From NCBI GenBank assembly GCA_958296135.2, contig CATQHZ020000001.1:1248001-1312000 (forward strand): a stretch of DNA of 64,000 nt, in the 5' to 3' direction. Shown here piece after piece: positions 37,227 to 47,960 of the stretch. Positions within the stretch are counted from its first letter, which is position 1, and every line of letters begins with the position of its first letter. The notes beneath the pieces are model-generated. The model searched no databases. It was not told the origin of the DNA and saw nothing but the letters and a program-made list of their open reading frames with translations. Position numbers and translations under genes: made by a program. This stretch comes from an uncultured Poribacteria bacterium (lineage in GTDB: Bacteria > Poribacteria > WGA-4E > WGA-3G).

Positions 37227-38471
37227 ATGGCAAAGAAAAAAGGGCGCCGGTCTGCGAATGTGGCGCGCAAGCGTGAAAAGCGCAATCGCGATCGGAAATC
37301 CCGTCAAAAACAGATAGCAATAGAGAAGCAACGCAGGCTCCCCTACGAGAAATCGGAGAAGGAGCGGCTGCACGCCTGCATTTCGCAAAGCCGCGAACTG
37401 CTCAACGAACCCGAATTGGAGAATGTGCATTTCGATTTTGAACTGATGTACACTTGGGTGACAGAACTGCTTGAGGACTATGAGCTGGATGGCAAGGCGG
37501 AAACACCGGCGGATTCAGACGAAGAAGCGGCTGCCCCTCTGGCACTACGGGAGAGCGATGAGAGCAGTCCGCTCCATTCGTCGTTGGGGCAGGCGATGCA
37601 GGAGCGCGCGAAGCAGATCGAACAGATGGAGAAGGCGGAGCGCGCCTGCGAACATTTTCGCACGGAAGTGCTTCCCCATCTGGTGACACCGGAATTCATG
37701 CAGCGTTTGATACAGGGGTTGACAGCCTGCGAGACCCGGTTGAAACTCATCGGGAATCGCGAAATGGCGGAGGTGGCACTCGTCGCGCGTTCGCTCTTTG
37801 AGGTAGCTCCCACGGAAATGCTGGTGTTCCACCCGCTCATCCAAACTATCGGCATCCAGACGCTCCGGATGCTCGTTGAAGAACCGCATGTCGTTCTGGA
37901 GGGACGCGAAGACGTGAAAGAGATGCTTTCAGATGTTTTGGAGTATGAAAGTGAGGTCGACCCTTATCCTCCGTCTGAGCGGCTCGCTGCCTTGTCAGAC
38001 TTGGCAGAGGAGGAAACGCGGTATGAGGACGACGAGGAAACGCCAGCTGCCCTTGATGAGGACGACGAAGTTTCTGCCGATGCGGCGGAAGAGCCTGAAT
38101 CGCCGCCGCCTGAATCACTCCCAGAGATTGTCAGCGATGAGGCTGAGGAACCTGAACCTGAGCCGGTTTCGGAAGAACCGCCGCGCCCGACATTTACGCC
38201 AGACGAACTCGCTGCGCGCGCCCTCTACAAAAATTTCAACGGCATGGCGACACGTGAAATTTTTGAAGCAGGGACAGCGTTCGTGTTAGCGGAGGAGACA
38301 GAGGAGCGGATTGCCTTTGTTGATGTGGCGCGCGAGCTCTACCTCACGCTTACCGCGGAGCGGCTCCAGTTGCAGGCCCGTTCGGAAGCGGAGCTCACCG
38401 ATGCGATGGAAGAAATTCAAGAATTGTGCGAAGAAGCACTCATGTATCTGGCCAAAACCATTCAAGCTTAA
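37227..38471 (+). CDS. Hypothetical protein with a basic N-terminus and an acidic, Pro-rich low-complexity linker
   Basis: 414-aa ORF with protein-like composition; no recognised family. Confidence 0.8.
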   Translation: MAKKKGRRSANVARKREKRNRDRKSRQKQIAIEKQRRLPYEKSEKERLHACISQSRELLNEPELENVHFDFELMYTWVTELLEDYELDGKAETPADSDEEAAAPLALRESDESSPLHSSLGQAMQERAKQIEQMEKAERACEHFRTEVLPHLVTPEFMQRLIQGLTACETRLKLIGNREMAEVALVARSLFEVAPTEMLVFHPLIQTIGIQTLRMLVEEPHVVLEGREDVKEMLSDVLEYESEVDPYPPSERLAALSDLAEEETRYEDDEETPAALDEDDEVSADAAEEPESPPPESLPEIVSDEAEEPEPEPVSEEPPRPTFTPDELAARALYKNFNGMATREIFEAGTAFVLAEETEERIAFVDVARELYLTLTAERLQLQARSEAELTDAMEEIQELCEEALMYLAKTIQA

Positions 38472-38568
38472 AAAGAATGGATGCGAGAATCCACGTGTGT
38501 TGTCATCGTTACAAAACAAATCCGGTGCGCGGTTTGCAACCGCGCCTACTGATAAAGGAGGTGAACTT

Positions 38569-38682
38569 ATGCCACGGAGTAAAAGCGGCCAGGTCCGTCG
38601 ACGGACCCAGATCCGCCAACGCCAGCAACGGCGGCTCAAAACGAAAAAAGCGTTATTGAAAGAGTTGTTGGAAAATCGCTAG
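38569..38682 (+). CDS. 37-aa highly basic small protein
   Basis: AAAGGAGGTGA SD; MPRSKSGQVRRRTQIRQRQQRRLKTKKALLKELLENR. Confidence 0.7.
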   Translation: MPRSKSGQVRRRTQIRQRQQRRLKTKKALLKELLENR

Positions 38683-38760
38683 GTGTCGTGTTGCGCTACG
38701 GGCTGTGAAAATGTAGACGTTCGCGTGGGACGAGCCCTGGCTCTACGGGCCGGGAGATTT

Positions 38761-39546
38761 TTACGTTCCGCGCGGGCGTTCTTCGTATTTTTCATACTGC
38801 ACGAACTCCGATGCCTGCAATCTGACAGCGTCTCCGCCCGTTTCATCAACGTAACCTAGCCTGAGCAGCGTCATTATCTCATGATGCTTCGGCAGGCTGA
38901 ATAGGGCTCGGATTTTATCGCGATGTTCCTCGCTTTCCAGCGGCGCGCTCACAAATTGCACACCGATGCCGAGCGCGGTGGCGGCGAGCAGGAGGTTCTG
39001 AATCAGCATCCCCATGCTGAGCCACATCCATCGGTGCGCGCCTTCTCCGGGCGGCCGTTTTTGGCAATTCATTGTCACCAAGAGCAGCACTGGTGCGTCG
39101 TGTACCTGTTGCGCAATTTCTTTTGCGGGCATTTTTCCTGCGCCTAAATGTCCCAAAAATGTCAAAGATTTCGCGTTTTTTAAAAGCGGTTTCAACTTTT
39201 CCGGTGAACCTTGAAGGAACTTTGGGAGCGTGACGTGTTCTGTCAGTAGCACGCCGTCGCCGTGTTCTTTCCACTCGGCCTCGGTGAGGCGCATCCACCT
39301 GCTGTTATCGTCCAGAAACTTTGCGTCTTTGAATTGTGCGACGATAGCGGTTTCCGTTAACTCAGCGAGGCGCGCTTTTCCTTCAGATTCTCGGATGATG
39401 AGCAGTTCCCACGGTTGGACGTTGAATGGCGAGGGGGCCCATCGCGCTGCTTCGATGAGTTTCCCGAGGTCTGCTTCATCAATAGCGCGCGGCTGGAAAT
39501 CGCCGCGATGGCTTCGGCGTTGCGTCATGGCATCAAAAATATTCAT
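38761..39546 (-). CDS. Nitroreductase family protein
   Basis: RRSHR, ARWAPSPFNVQPW, QNLLLAATALGIG. Confidence 0.9.
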   Translation of the reverse strand: MNIFDAMTQRRSHRGDFQPRAIDEADLGKLIEAARWAPSPFNVQPWELLIIRESEGKARLAELTETAIVAQFKDAKFLDDNSRWMRLTEAEWKEHGDGVLLTEHVTLPKFLQGSPEKLKPLLKNAKSLTFLGHLGAGKMPAKEIAQQVHDAPVLLLVTMNCQKRPPGEGAHRWMWLSMGMLIQNLLLAATALGIGVQFVSAPLESEEHRDKIRALFSLPKHHEIMTLLRLGYVDETGGDAVRLQASEFVQYEKYEERPRGT

Positions 39547-39583
39547 GGGGTAGTCCGGTTCGGGCGGATATAGAAATTCTCCC

Positions 39584-40615
39584 TTACAGTAGCGTCCGGT
39601 GGCGATGGCGGATTTCCGCCGGTGAGGCAGTTCCAGTCTCTCCGAGTTTGGTTACGGTAATTGACGCGACGAGATTCCCGATGTACGCCGCGAGCTCCTG
39701 AGCGCGATGGCGACACAGCGTCGCCACGAGCCCGGCCGAGACACTATCGCCGGCCCCCACCGGGTCTGTGTCACAATTGACAGGGATGCCGGGGATATGC
39801 GTAACTTCGCCCTGGTGGCAAACAAGGATGCCATCTTCTCCGAGCGTGACATACACTGTCTTTTGCGTTCGTTCTGCGAGGGTTTGCGCACACTGTTCCG
39901 CCGTTTCTCTGTTAACGGAATCTCCCTGCCACTCTGGCTCAACGGCGCGCCTTGCCTCAAATCGATTCGGTTTCACAATGACGTTTCGGTATGCGCCGAT
40001 TCGTGTGCGGGAGTCCGCAAAAAAGATCTTTTCTGGGAACGCGATCGCGAGTTCACAGAGTGCCTCTCTCACGTTCGTGGTAACAACCCCCAAATTCTCG
40101 TGCGGCATCTGATCTCCGATGATAACAGCCTCGACGAGCGGCAGGCATTCGTGGAGCGCGTTAATGACGGCTGTTTCAATGCTCTCTGTCATCGGCACTT
40201 GGTTTTCAATATCAAACCGCGGTCCCTCCGTTTCCACGCCTTCATAACCCCGATGAATCGGCTTGAGATAGGTAGGCGTGTGCCACTCCGGTGCCTGAAT
40301 CATAAAATCGGTAACGCATCCTTTCTCTTGGAGGCAATTCAGGAGTGTTCTCCCAAACCCGTCTTCCCCGATAACGCCGAGTGTGTAGATTGTGCCTACT
40401 CCCAAGGCGTTTAGGTTATTCGTGACGGTGCCTGCTGCGCCGGGACTATAGCGTTGCGCGACGACAGGGTTGGTATGCCACGGCGTTTCTAGCGATAGCG
40501 TGGAACGCGTTTTATCAATGTGCCAGTAGGCATCGAGATAAAAGTCCCCGATGACGAGGATGCGTACGTCGCGAAATGTATTGAGAATGGTTTTGAGGCG
40601 CGCTTCGGTGATCAA
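39584..40615 (-). CDS. PfkB family carbohydrate kinase (RfaE/HldE kinase-domain-like)
   Basis: IGDFYLDAY, KPNRFE, VTLGEDG, DPVGAGD. Confidence 0.88.
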   Translation of the reverse strand: MITEARLKTILNTFRDVRILVIGDFYLDAYWHIDKTRSTLSLETPWHTNPVVAQRYSPGAAGTVTNNLNALGVGTIYTLGVIGEDGFGRTLLNCLQEKGCVTDFMIQAPEWHTPTYLKPIHRGYEGVETEGPRFDIENQVPMTESIETAVINALHECLPLVEAVIIGDQMPHENLGVVTTNVREALCELAIAFPEKIFFADSRTRIGAYRNVIVKPNRFEARRAVEPEWQGDSVNRETAEQCAQTLAERTQKTVYVTLGEDGILVCHQGEVTHIPGIPVNCDTDPVGAGDSVSAGLVATLCRHRAQELAAYIGNLVASITVTKLGETGTASPAEIRHRHRTLL

Positions 40616-40677
40616 ATTTTTCCCTCCAGTGCGTGTATTATAGCATCTTCTGGATTTTTGACAAAATGGTGTTTGCG

Positions 40678-40777
40678 GAGGACGATTCAGTTCTTCCTGT
40701 CTGTAGTTTTGAAGCGGCGTGCCCGTTGTTGATTTTCACGAGGGTTTCCATCAAAAAGGGAAAACTAAATCGTACTG
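40678..40777. mobile_element. MITE-like element, short member of the 36822-37058 family
   Basis: Ends GAGGACGATTCAGTT / AACTAAATCGTACTG; flanks GTGTTTGCG / GTATTTGCG; internal GTGCCC..TTG.GATTTTCACG..CATCAAA shared with the long copy. Confidence 0.65.
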
Positions 40778-40893
40778 GTATTTGCGAGGGCCGGGCCCTC
40801 GCGCTAGGGTTAAAGTAGCGTTTCTTGCAATCTGGGCAGATACGTGGTAAAATATAAGACGTTTGACTTTTAATTCCGTTTTGGAGGAAATTT

Positions 40894-41946
40894 ATGTATA
40901 AAATCGGCCTTATTCCTGGCGATGGCATTGGCCCCGAGGTGACGCGCGAAGCGATGAAAGTCTTCGGGGCCGCAGCTGCTCAGGCAGGCTTCCACTATGA
41001 AACCGTGGCATACGATGTCGGCGGCGACCGGTATCTCGCGACCGGGGAAGTGCTCCCGGAGTCGGTATTAGAAGAGCTTCGCGGGCTCGATGCCATTTAC
41101 CTCGGTGCAATCGGCCATCCCGATGTCAAGCCCGGTATTTTGGAGAAAGGTATCCTTCTCAAGGTTCGTTTTGAACTCGATCTCTATATCAATTTACGTC
41201 CCGTGAAACTTTATCCGGGTGTGCCAACGCCGCTGAAGGACAAGGGTCCGGAAGATATCGATTTCGTCATCGTCCGTGAAAATACCGAGGGCTTATACGC
41301 CGGCATTGGCGGCTTCCTCAAGCGCGGCACCCGCGATGAAGTCGCTATTCAGGAGATGATTAACACCTACAAAGGTGTGGAACGCTGCATCCGCTACGCG
41401 TTTGAGTTTACCCGGAAGCGGAACCAGGAGAACACGTTGACGCTCTGTGATAAGACGAACGTGCTCACCTTCGCGCATGATTTGTGGCAGCGCGTCTTCC
41501 ACGAAGTCGGCGAGGACTTTCCCGATATTAAGAAGGAACACACCCTCGTCGATGCTACGACGATGTGGATGGTGAAAAATCCGGAGTGGTTTGATGTCAT
41601 CGTGACGTGTAATATGTTCGGCGATATTATCACCGATTTGGGTGCGATGATTCAGGGCGGCATGGGTATCGCGGCCTCCGGCAATCTGAATCCGGAGAGC
41701 GTCGCGATGTTTGAACCGATTCACGGCTCTGCGCCGCGCTATACGGGCAAGAACCAGATTAACCCCATTGCTGCAATCAGCGCAGCTGGAATGATGCTGG
41801 AGCACCTCGGACAGTCAGAATCGGCGGCGGCGGTTGAAAAATCCATCAGTGCCCTGCTTGCAAGCGGTAAGATTAAAGACCTGGGTGCCGGCCGCATGGG
41901 CTACACTACCGAACAGGTTGGCGATATGATTGCTGAAGGCCTGTAA
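40894..41946 (+). CDS. leuB: 3-isopropylmalate dehydrogenase (isocitrate/isopropylmalate dehydrogenase family)
   Basis: [37 protein letters not shown]. Confidence 0.82.
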   Translation: MYKIGLIPGDGIGPEVTREAMKVFGAAAAQAGFHYETVAYDVGGDRYLATGEVLPESVLEELRGLDAIYLGAIGHPDVKPGILEKGILLKVRFELDLYINLRPVKLYPGVPTPLKDKGPEDIDFVIVRENTEGLYAGIGGFLKRGTRDEVAIQEMINTYKGVERCIRYAFEFTRKRNQENTLTLCDKTNVLTFAHDLWQRVFHEVGEDFPDIKKEHTLVDATTMWMVKNPEWFDVIVTCNMFGDIITDLGAMIQGGMGIAASGNLNPESVAMFEPIHGSAPRYTGKNQINPIAAISAAGMMLEHLGQSESAAAVEKSISALLASGKIKDLGAGRMGYTTEQVGDMIAEGL

Positions 41947-42054
41947 CCGCACTGTTCCTCATCCACCGTATGGCGGGGGCTGGTGCCTCGTTGGCCAGGG
42001 ACGCTCGCGACGGAACTGCCCTCGCGCTACGGGTCCGGTGGGTTTTGCGAGGCT

Positions 42055-42819
42055 TTACGCGAGACGTGCGGCGAAATTAATCCGGTCCGAGTAGCGGTTC
42101 CACCGGTTGAACGTATACATATCGTAAGCACCGAGCGTTTTATAGCCGGCGGTTTTGAGTAGTGCCTTGACGGTATCCACTTCAAACATTTTCTGTTGGT
42201 GAATCTCTTCAAACCGGTGGAAGATCTCACCGTCGCGAATAAAAAAGGTCAGGTGTGTTCGGCACATTTTGGTCTGATAGAGATAACTGTTTCGCCAAAT
42301 GTAGGAGTAGTCCTCGTGGTTTTCGGCGAAGGTTTTGTTGTGGAAATGCTCAACGATGTTCCGTTCTGTCGTTATGTCGAAGATGAACAGGCCGTCGGGT
42401 TCCAGATGTTCTGATACGCGTTGGAAGACGCTGCTGAGTTCATCTTCGTCAAGCGCGTAGTTGATGCTGTCGTAGGTGCAGAGGATTGCGTCGAACTGCT
42501 GGTTGATTTGGAAATTGAGCATATCGCCTTGATGGAAGTCGATGTGTACGTCAAGGGTTTCCGCCTTTTCCTGCGCGATGTGCAACATGCCGGTGGCTCT
42601 GTCAACGCCTGTCATCTGATAGCCTTTTGCGGCGAGGAGCACGGTGAGCGCGCCGGTCCCGCATGCCACATCGAGGATGCGGCGTGGCTTGCAGTCGTGT
42701 TTGTCAAAAAGTGCTTCAGTATAGCGCGCCCACCGCGGGTAGTTGACGTTTCGCATCATCCTATCGTAGGCGTAGGCGAATTTTTCATAAGGTGGCGTGA
42801 GTTGCATCGTGTTATTCAA
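42055..42819 (-). CDS. Class I SAM-dependent methyltransferase
   Basis: ILDVACGTG, DSINY, LEPDGLFIFD. Confidence 0.9.
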   Translation of the reverse strand: MNNTMQLTPPYEKFAYAYDRMMRNVNYPRWARYTEALFDKHDCKPRRILDVACGTGALTVLLAAKGYQMTGVDRATGMLHIAQEKAETLDVHIDFHQGDMLNFQINQQFDAILCTYDSINYALDEDELSSVFQRVSEHLEPDGLFIFDITTERNIVEHFHNKTFAENHEDYSYIWRNSYLYQTKMCRTHLTFFIRDGEIFHRFEEIHQQKMFEVDTVKALLKTAGYKTLGAYDMYTFNRWNRYSDRINFAARLA

Positions 42820-43207
42820 CCTTTCCTTTGAACCCGACAGAGGCGTTCATCATCCGCAGGAGTGTGTTAATTTCCTCGGCATCCCAAAATTCATCGGCGT
42901 TCGCTTCTAGCGCGTAGTTGCCAACGTCTTTGATTTTCTGGAGACTGATTCTGCCGGTAAGGAAGCTCAACGGCAGTTGCTGCCCGGCGGTTTTGACGCG
43001 TTCAAACGTTTCCTCAATATCCGCCCGGTTTACGCCTTCGGGTGCTTGTTTCATCAGCGCATCTTTCACCATGTCCGCGCCGAAACCGAAGAGCTCTTTG
43101 ATGATAAACCATTGCAAAACGGCAAGGCATACCATCAGGATTAAAAGGAGAGTCAAGCCTTTCGTGAGGTGGCGGCTCCACTTCCGATTCTGGTTCTGGA
43201 TTGTCAT
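42812..43207 (-). CDS. Hypothetical membrane-anchored protein
   Basis: Single N-terminal TM; GAGG upstream; overlaps the start of the next gene. Confidence 0.75.
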   Translation of the reverse strand: MTIQNQNRKWSRHLTKGLTLLLILMVCLAVLQWFIIKELFGFGADMVKDALMKQAPEGVNRADIEETFERVKTAGQQLPLSFLTGRISLQKIKDVGNYALEANADEFWDAEEINTLLRMMNASVGFKGKVE

Positions 43208-43434
43208 GTTGCGGTTACCTCATTTGCGCAAAAGTTACCCGTGCCCGTAGGCGCGGTTTCAAACCGCGTCTACGGGGTTTGTTCTGCGTAAGTCTTTATC
43301 AATTAGATTAGCATTTTTAGGAAATGTTGTCAATCAAAATCAGAAAACGCCATTTTCACCGTAGTGCGAAGGCCTATCCCTTGTGCTCGCCCTACGCGAT
43401 ATGAACGTTTCCGGTAAAACAAAAAACGAAAAAT

Positions 43435-44553
43435 ATGAAAATAGGAATTGTCGGCAGACCACATGTTGGAAAAACGACTGTTTTTAATGCCTTAGCACGC
43501 TCTGCCGCGGAAACTGGGAATTACGGGGGCCGCCAACAGACAAACCTCAGCACTATTGCTGTTCCTGACAAACGTTTGGAACGCTTATTTGAGGTGCTCA
43601 AACCAAAAAAGATGACACCGGCGACGATCAATTACGTAGACATCGCTGGTGGCCCCAAAGTTGATCTAGAAAAACTGTTGGCGGGTGAGAGGCGCGAGAG
43701 CTCTTTTCCGCCTGCCCTGCTCGCGGAACTGCGCACTGTCGATGCCCTTGCGCATGTGGTTCGCATATTTGCGGATGAGACGGTGCCGCACGTTGATGGA
43801 AGCGTTAACCCTGAACGCGACATTGACACGGTCGCGCTGGAGTTTACCTTCGCTGACCTGCAGGTGATTGAGGACAGACTTGTTCGGCTCCGCAAGCAAT
43901 TTCAGAACGAAAAGTCGCCGGCGCTCCAGAGTGAACTTCGGGTTTTGGCGGAGTGCCAGCAGACGTTGGAAGAGGGGGTACCGCTGCGTTCCTTGGAGTT
44001 GTCTGCCGCCGATGAAAAACGGATTCGAGGCTACGGATTTTTGACGTTGAAGCCGTTGCTGCATATCTTGAATATCGGTGAGTCGCAATTGGATGCGGTA
44101 GCTGCAATTCAGGGGCGGTTTTCTGACTATGCGGAACAGCGGCGCACGGCAGTCATTGTGCTTGCGGCGCAGTTAGAGATGGAAATCGCGCAACTAGACG
44201 AGGCAGATGCCGAAGTCTTCATGGCAGAGATGGGGTTAGGCGCATCAGCCTTAGCGCGGTTTATCAACACCTCCTATCGTTTACTCGGATTAATTACATT
44301 TTTTACAGGGGGCCCCAAGGAGGTTCGGGCGTGGACGCTGCGTGAGGGACAAACCGCCGTTGAGGCGGCAAGCGTCATCCATACCGATTTTGGCCGCGGC
44401 TTCATTCGTTCGGAGACAATCTACTGGGAGGAATTGGCGGCGTGCGGCGGCTTTACGCAGGCGCGCAGCATGGGCAAACTGCGGGCTGAAGGGAAAACGC
44501 ATCAGGTCCAAGATGGCGAGGTGCTGGTAATTCTGGCGAATCCGACATCGTGA
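43435..44553 (+). CDS. ychF: Redox-regulated ATPase YchF
   Basis: [32 protein letters not shown] domain. Confidence 0.92.
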   Translation: MKIGIVGRPHVGKTTVFNALARSAAETGNYGGRQQTNLSTIAVPDKRLERLFEVLKPKKMTPATINYVDIAGGPKVDLEKLLAGERRESSFPPALLAELRTVDALAHVVRIFADETVPHVDGSVNPERDIDTVALEFTFADLQVIEDRLVRLRKQFQNEKSPALQSELRVLAECQQTLEEGVPLRSLELSAADEKRIRGYGFLTLKPLLHILNIGESQLDAVAAIQGRFSDYAEQRRTAVIVLAAQLEMEIAQLDEADAEVFMAEMGLGASALARFINTSYRLLGLITFFTGGPKEVRAWTLREGQTAVEAASVIHTDFGRGFIRSETIYWEELAACGGFTQARSMGKLRAEGKTHQVQDGEVLVILANPTS

Positions 44554-44593
44554 GGGATGCCCTCGCGCTACGGGCCAGGAGGTTTTTCTTGTG

Positions 44594-45244
44594 TTATGTG
44601 CTGCTATCCCTGAGAGCCGCAATCGCTGCCATGATCTGTTTACCCATGTGCTGATACATTTCGCGTCGCACGTCAAACCGGTCGAGTCCGGTGAAATCGA
44701 TCGGTTTTCCGAACGTTACGGTGAGTTTTGCGCGATGGAGGCGTTTGCTGCCACGTGGCAGCATCTGTTTTGAGCCGCTATGATAAACCGGCAGCGTCGG
44801 CACGCCTGCGCGGTGCGCGATGAAACACGCGCCATCGCGCGCCTTTCCTAAATTCCCATCAACGCTACGGGTGCCTTCCGGAAAAATCAGCACCGCGTTG
44901 CCCTCTTTCAGGAGCGAGATAGTCTTGCGGAGCGCGCCTAAATCCGGTGCACCTCTGTTGACCGGATACGCGTTATACGCCGAGATGAGTTGTCCTAATC
45001 CCGGAATGCGGAAGACGTTGCTGCGCGCCATGTAGTGAACTTCACGGCTGGCGGCGGATCCGACGATAACCGGGTCGAGGAGGCTGACATGGTTTGAAAC
45101 GAGCAGCACGCCGCCTTCACGTGGGATGTGTTGAACGCCGGATGCTTCGAGGTGTCCCATGCATTGACAGAAGAGATTGGTGAGTCGATGTCCCCACCGG
45201 TAGAGCGCGCGGGGTGTCCAGAATTGGTTGTTGGTATACCACAT
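44594..45244 (-). CDS. plsC: 1-acyl-sn-glycerol-3-phosphate acyltransferase
   Basis: NHVSLLD, FPEGTRS. Confidence 0.9.
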   Translation of the reverse strand: MWYTNNQFWTPRALYRWGHRLTNLFCQCMGHLEASGVQHIPREGGVLLVSNHVSLLDPVIVGSAASREVHYMARSNVFRIPGLGQLISAYNAYPVNRGAPDLGALRKTISLLKEGNAVLIFPEGTRSVDGNLGKARDGACFIAHRAGVPTLPVYHSGSKQMLPRGSKRLHRAKLTVTFGKPIDFTGLDRFDVRREMYQHMGKQIMAAIAALRDSST

Positions 45245-45396
45245 TTTTTGTCATTCCTTCGCGTGTGCCGTAGCGCGGGGGCCTGTCCTCCGAGGAGAAA
45301 ACGTCCGCAGTCCAGGGTCCGCGAATGTTTGCTGTGCGCCCGGTGCATGGCGAGGGAAACCCTCGCCCTACGGTAGCGCGGGGGATTGTCGGGAAC

Positions 45397-47757
45397 TTAC
45401 ACTAAGCCGCCACGTTTGCGGAGGAACCATTCCAGGCCCAACATCGCCAAAAGCAGTCCGAAAATAAGCGGCATATCCCAGATATCCACATCCGTTATTG
45501 TTGAGGTGGCACTCTCGACTAGCGGAATCTGATGTACGAGTTGCGATGCTTCCTCAAGCGGATAGTATTTTCCGCCGCTTCCCTCAGCGAGTGCCTTGAG
45601 GAGCGCGATGTTGAGTTCTGCATTGCTGAATTCTGCATAGGAAGTCTTCACGTCAAAAAGACTCTGCTGTTCACCGAGGGATTCGCCATCCAGGGTGCCG
45701 GTTGCCGTGAGGGTGTACTCTCCGTAGCGATTTGGGATGAAGCGTGCCGAGTAGAGTCCGTCTCTACCGAGGACTTGCTCAAGTCGGATTTCTTTGCGCT
45801 TCCCCGTTTCATCGACAATCACGGCTCGGAGTTTCGCTTGATTTGTCAATTCAAACTGCTTGTCCGTCGCTGTTACTTCAATAACGACAGGTTCTTTCAA
45901 CGTGTAAGCGGTTTTGGCGATATCAAGTTTTAGATGTTCCTTCGGTGCGGTTGTGAGCCATTTCGCGGTCTGCCGCCAGAAGCGTTGGTGACTTTCATCT
46001 TGATGCGATTGGAGCATCTGCCACCGCCATGAGCTGTTCGGTGTAAACACCATCACGCGTCCGGCGTTGTAATTGTGCGTGGCGAGGAGGATGCGCTTGC
46101 CAAACTGATTTCGTTCAGTCGGATGTTCTGCCAAAACGAGTGCCCCCGGCTTAGCGCGTTTCACTTTGCTATACCCGAGCATCGGCTTTTGGTTTTCCCA
46201 ACGTGCCAGATTTTCCATCGGCGTATCTGCCAACGCCATCAATGGTTCAACTTTCCCATCCGGGGTCAGTTGCAATTTGTAGCCTTCTTGCGCGGCACGT
46301 CGCCGCGGTGCGGGCGGCGGTGGCGGCGAACCGAGCTCTAATTCTACCGGTAGCATCTGTGCGATAGGGGTGTTAAGGTAAGACTCAGCGAGTTCATGGT
46401 TGCCTAAGGAGTCTGCGCCGCCAAGCATCAGCAAGCCGCCGCCGCGCGTCCGAACAAACTCTACCGTGTTCTCCAATTGCTGCTTTGTAAAATAGGAAGC
46501 GGCGACGTTGCCAATAATGATAGCGTCAAAATCAAACAGTACCTCTTTGGCATCGGGATAGAAGCCGAAGGTCTGCCCGATATCGGTTTGTGTCCCGCCG
46601 TAAAGGCTGCCACTTTTTAAAAACCGGTCGGTGAGTTGGATATTCGGATCCTCCTTGAGGGCGCGCTTGATGTGTTTAAACTCTGGGCGCGGTTTGCCAT
46701 CGACATATAGAATTTTCACGCGTTTGGAAGGCGCAACCTTCATCAGGAACGTCTTTGTGTTATTTTGCGGCACCGCCTCGTCTGGCTCAGGCAACACGTG
46801 CACCTCGTATCGCTGCGTCCCTGGTTGCCGTGGCGTGAATTTGATAGGCACGCGCGCCATCTTTGTCTCTTTTGACTTCGGGCTCGGGCGCGCCTGAACT
46901 ATCGGCTTTGCCTCGTTCATGTCAACGGGAATGGCTTTCAGTATGCGTCCGTTGCTCGTTAATTGGACGTTCACCTTTTTGCCTTTGTAGCCGCGCCGTT
47001 TCACGGTTGCCCACATTTCAACAGGGAAGTCCTCTTCTGCGGTGCGCGGCACATCGACTTTGACGATTTCCAGATCATCCCTGCCTTCCTCGGAACCGAT
47101 GCCGACGGTATGGATAGGCAGTTTCCGTTCTCGGGTTTGCAGTGCCAGTTTTGTGATATCCGTGCCGCTCCGGTCTGCGCCGTCTGTCAGTAGCACCACG
47201 CCTGAGAGCGGTACTCCTTGAAGTTCATCGAGTGCCTCGTTGAGTGCCTTCGGGATGTCAGTGCTTTCTCCCTCTGCGTTCGTAAGTACCTTGCTTGGGA
47301 TGCGTTTCGCCCCTGTATCAAACGCGAAGAGACGCACCTTAAATTTTGCGTTCAGTTGCTGTAGAAGTGAATCGTTGTTTTGGTTCTCTTCGCCAAACAG
47401 CAACTTGTTTGCGCGGTGCAGGCGCGTTTCTGTATTGACAGCATCAGTAATCTGCATACTCTTGGACCTGTCTACCATCACTAGGAGATACGAGTCATCG
47501 GGGTTCGTGTCGTAAATCGTGAGGAACGGTTTGAGCAAACAGAAGGCAAGGAAACAAAGCACTAGGGCGCGGAAAAAGATGAGCGTGCCTCGGAAGCCGC
47601 GGCGTGTGCGGCCTCGGGTGCTCCGATATGCCCAGATTGTCGTCGCGACAAGCGCGCCGAGCAGGACGACAATCAGTAGCCCCGGCAGGGGGACTCCAAA
47701 TGAGAAATCCCCTTCCCGAAAAACGTCAATGGGGTATTTCATGAGGTTTTCAAACAT
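45397..47757 (-). CDS. Membrane protein with VWA and glutamine-amidotransferase-like (DUF1355) domains
   Basis: DRSKSM, LLTDG, GGGLLMLGG, SWRWQM, C-terminal EWFLRKRGGL. Confidence 0.85.
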   Translation of the reverse strand: MFENLMKYPIDVFREGDFSFGVPLPGLLIVVLLGALVATTIWAYRSTRGRTRRGFRGTLIFFRALVLCFLAFCLLKPFLTIYDTNPDDSYLLVMVDRSKSMQITDAVNTETRLHRANKLLFGEENQNNDSLLQQLNAKFKVRLFAFDTGAKRIPSKVLTNAEGESTDIPKALNEALDELQGVPLSGVVLLTDGADRSGTDITKLALQTRERKLPIHTVGIGSEEGRDDLEIVKVDVPRTAEEDFPVEMWATVKRRGYKGKKVNVQLTSNGRILKAIPVDMNEAKPIVQARPSPKSKETKMARVPIKFTPRQPGTQRYEVHVLPEPDEAVPQNNTKTFLMKVAPSKRVKILYVDGKPRPEFKHIKRALKEDPNIQLTDRFLKSGSLYGGTQTDIGQTFGFYPDAKEVLFDFDAIIIGNVAASYFTKQQLENTVEFVRTRGGGLLMLGGADSLGNHELAESYLNTPIAQMLPVELELGSPPPPPAPRRRAAQEGYKLQLTPDGKVEPLMALADTPMENLARWENQKPMLGYSKVKRAKPGALVLAEHPTERNQFGKRILLATHNYNAGRVMVFTPNSSWRWQMLQSHQDESHQRFWRQTAKWLTTAPKEHLKLDIAKTAYTLKEPVVIEVTATDKQFELTNQAKLRAVIVDETGKRKEIRLEQVLGRDGLYSARFIPNRYGEYTLTATGTLDGESLGEQQSLFDVKTSYAEFSNAELNIALLKALAEGSGGKYYPLEEASQLVHQIPLVESATSTITDVDIWDMPLIFGLLLAMLGLEWFLRKRGGLV

Positions 47758-47960
47758 TTTTCGCCTTTCGCAATGCGTTGTTCAACTGCTATTGTGCAGA
47801 GATGTCCACGGTTTGGGCTCAGCGAGCCCGAACTACAGCAGTTCATTTGGTATGATACTAGGGCGGACGCGCTGGAGCGAGCCTGGTATGCGCGGTCTGT
47901 CCCCGTGCGTTTGTCGTCGTTGCGCGCTTTCAAAGCGCGCCTATCAGGGCAAAAATAGCG

